Of a DNA stretch of 64,000 nt, positions 49,930-61,492 are shown piece by piece. Source of the stretch: Octopus bimaculoides (lineage: Eukaryota); assembly GCF_001194135.2 (NCBI RefSeq), contig NC_068981.1:127005340-127069339 (forward strand), in the 5' to 3' direction. How positions within the stretch are numbered: position 1 is the stretch's first letter; the number at the start of each line of letters is the position of its first letter. The position numbers were made by a program, and so were the translations under genes. The notes under the pieces were generated by a model, which worked only from the letters and a program-made list of their open reading frames with translations, did no database searches and was not told the origin of the DNA.

Positions 49930-49977
49930 GTCTTACAGCTGTTTCCAGGATATTTATTATATCCCTTCATCGGAGAC
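49930..49977 (-). ncRNA. Hammerhead-like motif of a second Penelope-type repeat, core variant CCGATGA
   Basis: Minus strand: GTCT CCGATGA A GGGATA taataaa TATCC tg GAAA C AGCT G TA AGAC. Stem I GTCT/AGAC, palindromic CAGCTG and a GUA triplet are present; U4 is changed to C. Confidence 0.5.
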
Positions 49978-51376
49978 GGTGTGAGAGGATGATTAAGCAA
50001 TAGTTAGTTTAGTTAAGATAGGAAATAGAGAGTGAATGTAGGGATATTGTATTTGTAGATCCCTACATACTCTAGTGTCTGCGTTGGCATGGTTTCTATG
50101 GCTGGATGTCCTTCCTAATGCTAACCACTTTATGTACAGGGTGCTTTTTCATGTCACAAGCACTACTGCGATTGCCATGCAATTTGCAAATCTACAAAAC
50201 CCAAGGAATGAGAGAGTGTGTCCTTATGTTAGATGGGGAATAAATTATGATGGAAATGGTTAGGAGAGAGTAGATTCATGATGTAGAGGAACTACATGGT
50301 TGCTTGCATTTAGGAGAGAGGGTGAGAATGATATAGAGGTATGTCCAAGGAGATAGATAGTAGTGATAAGGTGTCCAGGTGGCACCTCAAGGCATGAAGT
50401 GATTAGTAGTGGGTAGGGCCTTCAAGGGTATATGGAAGAAGAGATAGGAGATATTGGAGAGCAAGGGTAGGCAACATTTGTAAAGCTTGGGAAAGGTTGA
50501 AGGGAGAAAGTGTATAAGTTGAGGAGGCTAGAGTAGTAATGATAAGGTTGGCAGAGAGGAGAGAGATGATATGTTTGAATAGGCTACAGGAAATAGTAAA
50601 TCTTTAAAAAATCCATCTTCCATTTTCTTCATCAATTATAAACCCAACAAACACTGTGGATTTCCTGACATAGATCCAGTGAAAATTATATTGTTACTGT
50701 GGATGACATCAGGTAGCTCAAACAGTGAATGTGCTTTAATCTACATACTAATAGCCACATACCCACAGTCCAACTCGTGCAATATTGTCTTACAAAAGTT
50801 TATCTGAGTCTACACCTTTAAAACTGGAAAGTACATCAAATTAAAATATGTCTGTATGTATATGTTATATAAGATTTACTTTATTCTTCCTCTCCCACCT
50901 CCGTTTTGGATATACTGGGTGTGGCATAAATATACACCTGCTAATAGAGTCAGTAGGTAGACAATTCTAAGTAACTTTATTCCAGCTTTATTAACATTGC
51001 ACCAAGCAAGATACTTTACAAGTGCCCTTTCACACACAGCATATACTGAATATAAACAGGAATATAAAAAGGTATACTCTCATTAACACACATACAAGTC
51101 TATAAACAAGGTGTTTCAAAGTATGCTAATAAACACCCTTGCACATGTATACAACTATATGCATAAATACATATATAGACATGAACATATTTATAGGTTC
51201 ACACATACAGTCAGATCCATACCTATAAACTTATTTCCTTTTGCTCATTCTTTGTGTTACTGTATACTTTATGCTAGAGTACACTCACACACACACATAC
51301 ACACACATGCACATGCATACAAACACACACACACAAACATACATGCACACGCACACACACACATACACACACACAT

Positions 51377-51415
<39 letters not shown>

Positions 51416-51975
51416 NNNNNNNNNNNNNNNNNNNNNNNNNNNNNNNNNNNNNNNNNNNNNNNNNNNNNNNNNNNNNNNNNNNNNNNNNNNNNNNNNNNNN
51501 NNNNNNNNNNNNNNNNNNNNNNNNNNNNNNNNNNNNNNNNNNNNNNNNNNNNNNNNNNNNNNNNNNNNNNNNNNNNNNNNNNNNNNNNNNNNNNNNNNNN
51601 NNNNNNNNNNNNNNNNNNNNNNNNNNNNNNNNNNNNNNNNNNNNNNNNNNNNNNNNNNNNNNNNNNNNNNNNNNNNNNNNNNNNNNNNNNNNNNNNNNNN
51701 NNNNNNNNNNNNNNNNNNNNNNNNNNNNNNNNNNNNNNNNNNNNNNNNNNNNNNNNNNNNNNNNNNNNNNNNNNNNNNNNNNNNNNNNNNNNNNNNNNNN
51801 NNNNNNNNNNNNNNNNNNNNNNNNNNNNNNNNNNNNNNNNNNNNNNNNNNNNNNNNNNNNNNNNNNNNNNNNNNNNNNNNNNNNNNNNNNNNNNNNNNNN
51901 NNNNNNNNNNNNNNNNNNNNNNNNNNNNNNNNAGGTTATGTGTATGTATTTATACCATCATCATCATCATCATCG

Positions 51976-52009
<34 letters not shown>

Positions 52010-52477
52010 TGTCGTCTTCATTTAATGTCCGTTTTTCATGCTGGCATGGTTTGGACAGTTTGGCAGGAGCTCTAATGTCTATTTTGGCTAGGTTTCTATG
52101 ATTGGATGCCCTTCCTAACACCAATCACTTTACAGATTGTACTGGTTGTTTCTTTATTCTGTAGCCCCAGCGCCAGTGAGGATTCCAGATAACTTACAAG
52201 ACAATGGGTGAGATGAATTTATGTAGAGATAGATTTTTCAGCATCCAGATGTTTTTTCTATAAACCAACCTTCATCTGTTTCCAAACAAGGTAATATTTT
52301 CCCTAGTGTATTGAACAATGAACGGCCTGGACATCTTTCTTCCACACAGTGAGAATGAACCCAGAAACTCAAAGCATAAAAGTGAACTTCTTAACCACAC
52401 AGCCATGTTCATACCCCCCACCCCACCCCGTGACACACACGTATATATGGGAATAAATGTATTTTTTCTTTTATTTT

Positions 52478-52746
52478 TTTTTACTTGTTTCAGTCATTTG
52501 ACTGCAGCCATGGTGGAGTACCACTTTTAGTCAAACAAATCAACCCCAGAACTTATTCTTTGTAAGCCTAGTACTTATTCTACTGGTCTCTTTTGCTGAA
52601 CTGCTGAGTTTTGGGGATGTAAACACACCAACATTGGTTGTCAAGCAATGGTGGCGGGACAAACACAGACACAAATACATACATACATACATACATACAT
52701 ACATACATGTATATATATATATATATATCATCATCANNNNNNNNNN

Positions 52747-52784
<38 letters not shown>

Positions 52785-52905
52785 GACAGGCTTTGGTCAG
52801 CCTGAGGCTATGGTAAAAGACACTTGTCCAAGGTGTCACTCAGTGGGACCAAACTTGGAACCATGTGGTTAGGAGGTGAGCTTCTTACAGTCACTCCTGC
52901 ACCTG
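52478..52905 (-). mobile_element. Family B SINE (contains a small N gap)
   Basis: Reverse complement of the family B pattern. Partial copies also at about 1965-2205 (+), 29750-30040 (-), 38795-38990 (-) and 39541-39690 (-). Confidence 0.8.
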
Positions 52906-52944
52906 TATTTGTATATTTGTGCCTATATTTGTATATTTGTATAT

Positions 52945-53280
52945 TTCATCATCATCATCATTGTTTAATGTCCATTTTCCACACTGGCATGGGTTGGACA
53001 GTTTGACTGAGGACTGGGAAGCCAGGAGGCCGGACCAGGCTCCAATCTGATCTGGCAATGTTTCTACAGCTGGATGCCCTTCCTAATGCCAACCACTCCA
53101 AGAGTGTAGTGGGTGCTTTTTACGTGCTACTGGCACAGGAGCCAGTCAGGTAGCACTGGCATTGGCCACGATCGGATGGTGCTTTTTACGTGCTACTGGC
53201 ACAGGAGCCAGTCAGGTAGCACTGGCATTGGCCACGATCGGATGGTGCTTTTTACGTGCTACTGGCACAGGAGCCAGTTG
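52945..53280 (-). mobile_element. Family C-related retroposon with an internal 66-bp tandem repeat
   Basis: Family C 3' end at 52945-53110; 53113-53277 is 2.5 identical copies of a 66-bp unit. Confidence 0.8.
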
Positions 53281-53287
53281 GATGTGT

Positions 53288-53320
<33 letters not shown>

Positions 53321-54987
53321 CATGTTTGCATTTTGAGTGAGTTGTATATTATTTTGGCCTGTGTAATAAAAACAAAATAAACACACAAGCATGCAAAAGA
53401 CAGGCAAAAACTAACACATGAAGTACAGTTTTAAGTACAGTATGTGCAGTTTTAAAAGTCTGAGAAAATATGACAAACTGTACATAAAAGTGCTCGGAAA
53501 TGAAGAATTTAATTAATTCAAAGACTCATAAGTAAAAGTCATATGCACAACTTATATCAAGATTGATGAAAAGCCATGTAAAAGTTATGTAAAATTGTAT
53601 AAGGATCAAATGTGACAGCTGGAAAGAATCCAGGCATTGAACCGAGTACAAAAAGCCATCTAATATATTCTAAAAATTAATAATGATTTCAAATGTTGGC
53701 ACAAAACTAGAAAGTTTAGGGAAAGTGCTAAGTCAATTATATGGTTTGACTGGTACTTAATTTATCAAACCTGAAAGTAAAGTTAACCTTGGCAGAATCT
53801 GATCTGCAGAATGCAAGGTCAGAAGAAATGCCACAAAGCATTTTGTCCAACATGCTAACAATTCTGTCAACTAGTCACCTTAACATTTCATGGTAGACAG
53901 AAACTGCTATTTATGTCATCCATTTCACTGTATAATACAATTTTTGTCCTTGGGTAGCAACTATTATTTTCTTTTTGCTTACCCCTAGAAAGTATGTTAA
54001 ATGGCTAATATTTCCTTCAAACTTTGCTTTTGTTACATTTATTCAAACCCTAAAGAATCCTTTGCAACATGACTTTGATGCTCCCCTGCTACTCCTGCTC
54101 ATGATCAGAGATGCACATACTGTCAACCACTAAGGGACATTCTAAAGTGGTTAAGGTCAAGCAACTGACAAGCAAATCTGTGGTATTGAGCAGAATATTT
54201 GCTATTCCTGCTGCAGCAACTTAGCACTGAATCTGTCTGAAATGTAATGGAAAATAAGTCAGTTTCAAAACATTAATGTCCAGCTCACAAAAGCAAAGAT
54301 TGAAAGGAATAGCTGTCATTTCCTTTGATTTCTAGATAGAAGCAAATAAGAAATAATAAACACCTACAGACCAAAGACAAAAAAAATTTGTTAAACAGTG
54401 TTTTGAGGAAAATGTCTCAAAACTTCAATTGTTTAAATTCATCATTTCCATGCACTTTTCATGTTTTGTTTTGTGTTTATTACACCTGAGAAAACAGCGT
54501 ACAATTTTTGTTTTACTCTTGGCCCATCAAACTAGATTCCTTTCCATTTCTCTAATGCAGGCTTGCTACTTCCTTTTACTTCCATTTCTTTCACACGTGT
54601 ATGTATGTCATTGTTCAGTTTTATCTTAAGATTTCTTGCCAATATTGAAAAAGTCAGTTTCTAACCTAGATTCAAGGCTCCTTTACTGGAATTTCATCAT
54701 CAACAACAGGGTATTTTTGTTTGTTTGTTTGTATGTATGTATATGTGCAGATTTGTATGTTTTACATTATGTATGTATTCTCATGCATATAGTTGCATAT
54801 CTAGACATGTAATATTCTTTAGAGACATGTGTTTTGTTACAGGTACCATTGTAAAATATGTTTCCATCCACCCTTAGATACTTGTAAGATTCCTCGTCAG
54901 ATATAGGGGAAACTAGTTTGGTTTATAGTTTTCCCCACTTTTCACAACCATATAACAACATTTATCCGGACCAAACTCCAATCCTAC

Positions 54988-55200
54988 ATGTATGTATGTA
55001 TGTATGTATGTATGTATGCATGCATGCATGCATACATGTATGTATGTATGTATTACATATGTACTTATGTATGTATGTATGTATGTATGTATGTATGTAT
55101 GTATGCATGCATGCATGTTTGCATGTATATATTACACATGTACTTATGTATGTATGTATGTATGTATGTATGTACGTATGTATGTATGTGTATATGTGTG
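54988..55200. repeat. (ATGT)n/(ATGC)n microsatellite, representative of many (TA)n, (CA)n, (ATAC)n and (CAT)n tracts
   Basis: Visible directly. Similar tracts at 1888, 7580, 15490-15645, 43100, 45255, 51280-51415, 51955, 57800 and 61930-62115; several flank N gaps. Confidence 0.95.
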
Positions 55201-56132
55201 AATGCACGTGTATGTATATGTAGTGTATGTGTGTGTGTGGTGTGTGTTTGTGTGTGAGTGTATGTAATTTAAACTGATGTTATGTATCAATGTTTATTTA
55301 TCTAATTCATGTATCAAAACTATATGCTGCCTTTAACTAACCTCCACTTCTCTTACTTTTTATCTCACTAAATTTTTTCTTACACATTTTTCTGATACTC
55401 ATTTGCCCTTGATTTTCTTATTTATTTATTTTTATCTTCTTATTTATTTATTTATTTATTTTATTTTTTGTTAATTTACTTTATCTCGGTTTCTTAAATT
55501 CTAAAACGGTCCTTGTCTGGAATTTTTCCTTAGTGGCTGGTATTACTATTTTCATACACCAATGCATAGCACTTCATTTTGTAATGATGATATAAATATT
55601 TTGGTTGAGCTGAGAGATGAAAGAAAAAGGTATCTGTATGAAATTTCAAATACAACATATTCATTGTTGTTAACAAAACAATTTGTCTTTACAACAAACA
55701 ACAGAAATGAAGATATTTAAGCCAAAAGGATTAGTTCAATAGCTCTTATGAGAGGTTGTGTTCTAACAGGGATAGTAGTCATGAGTGGTATAGATTCCAG
55801 CAGCTAACTGGCTTAATCTGTCCTGACCACTGTTATCATGGTTCATAGCTGAGTGCCGTAAACTTCCACAGCTGATCGTCTTGGTTGTCTTATAGTCACT
55901 GCTGGTTAGCAGATAAACAAACTAGCTAAACCACACACACACACACACACATACGCACATACACGTTCTGTTATTACACACACATGCACGCACACACACT
56001 TACCTCCCTCTCCTGTCTTAGAAAGAACTTTTTCTCCACCCTTTCCTTTCCGGTCATTCCACAATGTAACCTCGTGGATATTGTTGGCGATTTTTTCTTC
56101 CTCCGTCTTCCCTTCTCTGGACTGTCCTATGT

Positions 56133-56165
56133 TTCCGACGAAGAGCTCCGCTCGAAACATCAAAT
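56133..56165 (+). ncRNA. Degenerate hammerhead-like motif in a Penelope-type repeat fragment (about 55990-56282)
   Basis: CCGACGA A GAGC tcc GCTC GAAA CATC: stem II is intact, U4 is C and the cleavage triplet is ATC. Confidence 0.4.
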
Positions 56166-56686
56166 TCTCTTTCTTTCCTTTCCCGAGCGTCCAGTAACAC
56201 AATCTGTATCACGTCCTCGCGTTGTTGTTTTTTGTTGTTTTTTGTCGTTTTTCTTTTTTGAACTATACATAACAAACGTCTGTCAAAGAAAAAGGCACCA
56301 AGGATGAAATTACTAGTGACAATTCTATATGTTGTTTGTCCACAATAAGTGCTTGCTTACAACACTGAAATTTAATGAGTTAAACATCTACTGAGTCTTT
56401 TGATTTGAGTGGTCAGTTCTTTGCTAANNNNNNNNNNNNNNNNNNNNNNNNNNNNNNNNNNNNNNNNNNNNNNNNNNNNNNNNNNNNNNNNNNNNNNNNN
56501 NNNNNNNNNNNNNNNNNNNNNNNNNNNNNNNNNNNNNNNNNNNNNNNNNNNNNNNNNNNNNNNNNNNNNNNNNNNNNNNNNNNNNNNNNNNNNNNNNNNN
56601 NNNNNNNNNNNNNNNNNNNNNNNNNNNNNNNNNNNNNNNNNNNNNNNNNNNNNNNNNNNNNNNNNNNNNNNNNNNNNNNNNNNNNN

Positions 56687-56986
56687 GTGTTTATTGAGCG
56701 AAAACACCTAAAGCTCCACGAGGCTCTGGCAGGGGATGGTGATGAACCCTGCTGTACTCTTTCACCACAACTTTCTCTTACTCTTACTTCCTGTTTCTGT
56801 TGTGCCTGTAATTCAAAGGGTCAGCCTTGTCACACTGTGTCACGCTGATTATCCCCGAGAACTACGTTAAGGGTACACGTGTCTGTGGAGTGCTCAGCCA
56901 CTTGCACGTTAATTTCACGAGCAGGCTGTTTTCCGTTGATCGGATCAACTGGAACCCTCGACGTCGTAAGCGACGGAGTGCCAACA
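56687..56986 (+). mobile_element. Family A SINE, 5' end in the gap
   Basis: Near-identical to the body and tail of the 22.1-22.5 kb copy. Confidence 0.85.
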
Positions 56987-57496
56987 CACTTGTAAATGTA
57001 CTGATTCAATTTCAATTGGATAGCGATGAGCTGTGTCTGGGACTGCCAATTATTCCTGCTACAGTTTTATTCCACTTTATTTCACTGGTTATGAATGTTT
57101 ATATTGCTTTTCATCAGCAGTTAATTCTGTTGACCTACAGATTCCATTAATTTTGAAATATCATAAGCCCCCTGTCCAATCAACTTTCAATGCTTATTTG
57201 ATTATTTGCTCACCAATCACACTGTGTCATACCATTTAAATCCATTATATTGTTCCAAACATTCCCTTCTTTCTGAGATTCTGTTACATGAAATTCAGAG
57301 TAAGTTGTAAAGTTTGTAACCTCAATAAAACACTATATATTGCTCTATCTTTGGTAATCGAATACTATTACTCCACTGTTTTGTGCCTATGTTCTCATAT
57401 GACTCTCTCTCTCTATCTTTCACGCTCTCTTTTTGTTCTCACTTTTGACACACACATGCACACAGACATATGTAATGTGTGTGTGTGTGTGTGTGT

Positions 57497-57790
57497 GGAG
57501 GCATGTGGTTTAGTGGTTAGTGTGTTGCACTTGTGATTGCGAGATTGTGGTTTCAATTCCCAGAACTGCGCATTGCATTGTGTTCTTGAGCAAAACATTT
57601 CATTTCATGTTGCTCTGCAATCATTTTGTTATCTGACATGTGGTACATGGTGCATCTGTACAAATAATATCGATTTGATGGAGGGAGTGAACTTATGTGA
57701 GCATGAACATTTGATCACTATAAACAAATCATCTGTGTGGTTGTTCGATAAAAAATTGTCGAGCCCTCATACATCATCTAAAGATGGGAG
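57497..57790 (+). mobile_element. Older tRNA-headed SINE
   Basis: GGAGGCATGTGGTTTAGTGGTTAG...GGTTTCAATTCCC head followed by a CORE-like gtgttcttgagcaaaacattt segment. Confidence 0.6.
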
Positions 57791-57796
57791 AGTCCA

Positions 57797-57843
<47 letters not shown>

Positions 57844-57919
57844 TACATACATACATGCATACATACATACATATATGTGTGTGCAAGTGTATGTGTGTGT
57901 ATGTATGTATGTATGTATG

Positions 57920-57973
<54 letters not shown>

Positions 57974-58799
57974 GCTAGCTAGCTAGATAGATAGATAAAC
58001 AGACAGACAGACAGACAGACAGATAGATAGATAATGTAGAAACTTAATATTCTTAAAAAAAGAATAGTCCAATGATGGGTCAGCTGGCCAAAACTTTGAA
58101 GTCACTAATNNNNNNNNNNNNNNNNNNNNNNNNNNNNNNNNNNNNNNNNNNNNNNNNNNNNNNNNNNNNNNNNNNNNNNNNNNNNNNNNNNNNNNNNNNN
58201 NNNNNNNNNNNNNNNNNNNNNNNNNNNNNNNNNNNNNNNNNNNNNNNNNNNNNNNNNNNNNNNNNNNNNNNNNNNNNNNNNNNNNNNNNNNNNNNNNNNN
58301 NNNNNNNNNNNNNNNNNNNNNNNNNNNNNNNNNNNNNNNNNNNNNNNNNNNNNNNNNNNNNNNNNNNNNNNNNNNNNNNNNNNNNNNNNNNNNNNNNNNN
58401 NNNNNNNNNNNNNNNNNNNNNNNNNNNNNNNNNNNNNNNNNNNNNNNNNNNNNNNNNNNNNNNNNNNNNNNNNNNNNNNNNNNNNNNNNNNNNNNNNNNN
58501 NNNNNNNNNNNNNNNNNNNNNNNNNNNNNNNNNNNNNNNNNNNNNNNNNNNNNNNNNNNNNNNNNNNNNNNNNNNNNNNNNNNGTTATATGTGTGTATAT
58601 CTATAATATATAAGACGGAAAATGTGTGTGTGTGTGTGTGTGAAGGCCATTTATTTGATCCTATATTTGATCAATATTTTCATCTGATTTTGTTCACACT
58701 TGGCACATACATCACTTATGTTCCACAGAAGGTTCTACACTCTTTAGATTTTTCACTTATGGAGTAATGGGGCTTCTAGGGTCAGAAGGTCAGAAAAAC

Positions 58800-60825
58800 C
58801 TTGTACAGTGACTATTGTGGACAAGGGAGGTAGCTCTTTCTGAAGTAACATTTAGCAATTGATTGTCTCCCAGTGGCAACGACGAAAACAAGGCTGGCCT
58901 ACGCAGTTGGATCAAGCCGTGTAGAAAGGCGGCACAATCGGACGCATCTACACAGTTCACCCCTTGAATTCCGAATGCTTCCATCCACGGCTCTTCATGT
59001 TATTAAGGGACCAACCTCCTTCGACGACCTTCGCACAGTGGACCGCCACTTATGCGGCACTTTCAAAGATGCCTGCTCCAAACGGGGACTTTTGGATACA
59101 GATGATCAATATGATAATGCACATGAAGAAGCCTCTCTGTGTCGTTCTCCGCACAAGCTCCGACACCTTTTCGCAATAATGATGGTTTCTACAACCTGAC
59201 AGACGCACATTCACTTTGGATTAAATATACTCAATGTGCCATGACATTTTGCTGCAAACTCTCCAAGTCACAGGTAGCATTGACACTCCCACTACCCCTG
59301 CGATTTACAACGGAAGGCTTCTCTTGGAAGACTTGGCTATGGCAATTGGAGGTGAACTATTGGACAGAAATGAAGACGCCTGTCCTAATCGCCTCATTCT
59401 CAGAGAAACAACCTACAACATCCACAAGCTCAAACAGTACATTGCTGACAACGAGCCTCTTCTGAATTCCGATCAAGCTAACGTATACAATTTCTTCCTC
59501 GGAAACATCTACACAAACACTGACGGAATCATCTTCATAGATACACCCGGTGGAACTGGAAAAACATTCTTCCTGAATCTTCTTCTTGCGAAGTTGCGGC
59601 ATAATGGTGACCTTGCTATTGCTGTTGCCTCCTCAGGAATAGCCACGACTCTTCTCGATGGCGGACGAACAGAACACTCTACCTTCAAATTGCTTTTCAA
59701 TGTAGCACATCAAGAAAACCTAACGTGCCACGTAATGCATTCCTCGGACGAAGCGACAATTTTGAAAAAGTGCAAACTCATTGTTTGGGATGAAGCAACT
59801 ATGTCCCATAAATGTTCCGTACAAGCACTTGATACCACAATGAGAGATCTTAGATCGAGCAACAACATCCTTGGAGGTGCGACTCTTCTTTTTGCAAGAG
59901 ATTTTCGACAAACTCTACCTATTATACCCAAAGGAACACACGCTGATGAACTTAATGCCTGCCTTAAAAAAAAGCCTCCTTTGGTTGCATGTCCAGTCGA
60001 AACAACTCACCATCAACATGAGATCACTCCCACAGACTGGTCAGCCTACAACCCAGTTTTCGGAAATGCTCCTTAAAATCGGCAATGGACAAATTACGTC
60101 CGACGACAATAGATAGATTGATACTACCACCATTGGCCATATTGTCTCCAGCCCTGATGACTTATGTTCTGCCGTTTACCCAAATCTTACAACGGAATAC
60201 ATAAAACCAGACAGGCTTCGCGACAGGACTGTTCTTGCACCTACAAATGCAGCTGTCAACACTCTTAACTACGACTTACTCAGTCAGCTACCTTCTCAAG
60301 AACGTTGCTACAGATCAGTTGACACCGTTACCGACCTCGATCAGGTTACACACTTTCCATCAGAATTTCTCAACTCCCAAGATCCTCCAGGACTCCTTCC
60401 CCATGAATTTCTCTTAAAAGTCAGTTGCCCTGTCATCCTCCTACGCAATCTAAACGCACCCACACTATGCAATGGAACTCGCCTTGTAGTCAAACAAATG
60501 ATGGACCACGTCATTGAAGCCCAAATTATCACGGGGCACATCAAAAACGATACTGTTTTCATTCTGAAAATTCCGCTAGCCCCAACAGACTGCCCCTACC
60601 CTATGCAGAGACTTCAGTTCCCTCTCAAACTCAGCTTCGCCGTGACAATTAACAAAGCATAAGTTCAGTCGCTGAAAGATGTCAGATTGGACCTTTGAAC
60701 ATCGTGCTTTTCACATGGACAATTCTACGTCGGTTGTTTCAGAGTTGGCCATCCAGATAACTTGTTCATCTATGCTCCTGAAGGAAAGACAAAAAATATC
60801 GTCTACAAAGAAGCCTGCAGTAGTT
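58800..60825 (+). mobile_element. Helitron RepHel remnant (PIF1-like helicase half), pseudogenised
   Basis: WQRRKQG, KGPTSFDDLRTV, IFIDTPGGTGKTF, AVASSGIATTLLDGGRT, IVWDEATMSHK, DFRQTLP, CNGTRL, QFPLKLSFAVTINKA and SHGQFYV occur in order across several frames with stops. Confidence 0.93.
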
Positions 60826-61235
60826 ATTCCTCTACTGCAGTCTTCAAATTTACGCCAAACTGTAGCCGTTAGCAATCAGACTTCCTGCAAGCATTTCATT
60901 GATATTTTGCTTCATTTCCCTGTTCACAGTACATTACCTTCAATGAACTTTCTTACTTCACGGAGGAACACCTACACACATACATGCATATGCATATATG
61001 GAAAGCGAAGTTGTGAAGGGAACGCTCCTCCTGCATTGAACGCATTATCTCCTCCCTCTCTCTTCCCTCTCCCTTGTCTATTCATTATTAAATCTCTTCT
61101 CCTCTTTTTCATTGTTAAAAGTAAAGAAGCTAGAGAAAATCGATCGTATTTCAGTGTAATCGTCATTTTAAATGACTGAGGCTTTCCTTTCCCTGTCTCT
61201 ATCGCTTCACTCCTTTTCTCTGCAGTTAAGAGAAT

Positions 61236-61492
61236 GGAGGTGCGTGGCTCAGTGGTTAGGGGTATTTGGTCCACGATCGTAAGGTCATGAATACAATACC
61301 AGGCAGCGAGCTGTGTTCTTGAGCAAGGCACTCTACTTCACTTTGCTGCCGTCCACTCAGTTGGTAAAAATGAGTTGTAGCTGCAATTCATATAGGCCAG
61401 CCTTGTGACATTTTGTGTGAGGCTGAATCTCTCTGAGAACTAAGTTAATGGTATGCATGTCTGTGGAGTACTCAGCTACTTACGCGTTAATC
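61236..61492 (+). mobile_element. tRNA-headed SINE sharing the family A central domain, 3'-truncated
   Basis: GGAGGTGCGTGGCTCAGTGGTTAGG head, then gggccagccttgtgac...ctgaatctctctgagaac...ctgtggagtactcagc. Confidence 0.7.

Noticed and set aside
51111-52101. Long ORFs spanning N gaps and microsatellites (also 15476-16120, 56372-56848, 58072-58767, 54913-55257, 61836-62211)
   Set aside because: They are artefacts of Ns and of stop-free (CA)n, (TA)n and (ATGT)n repeats.
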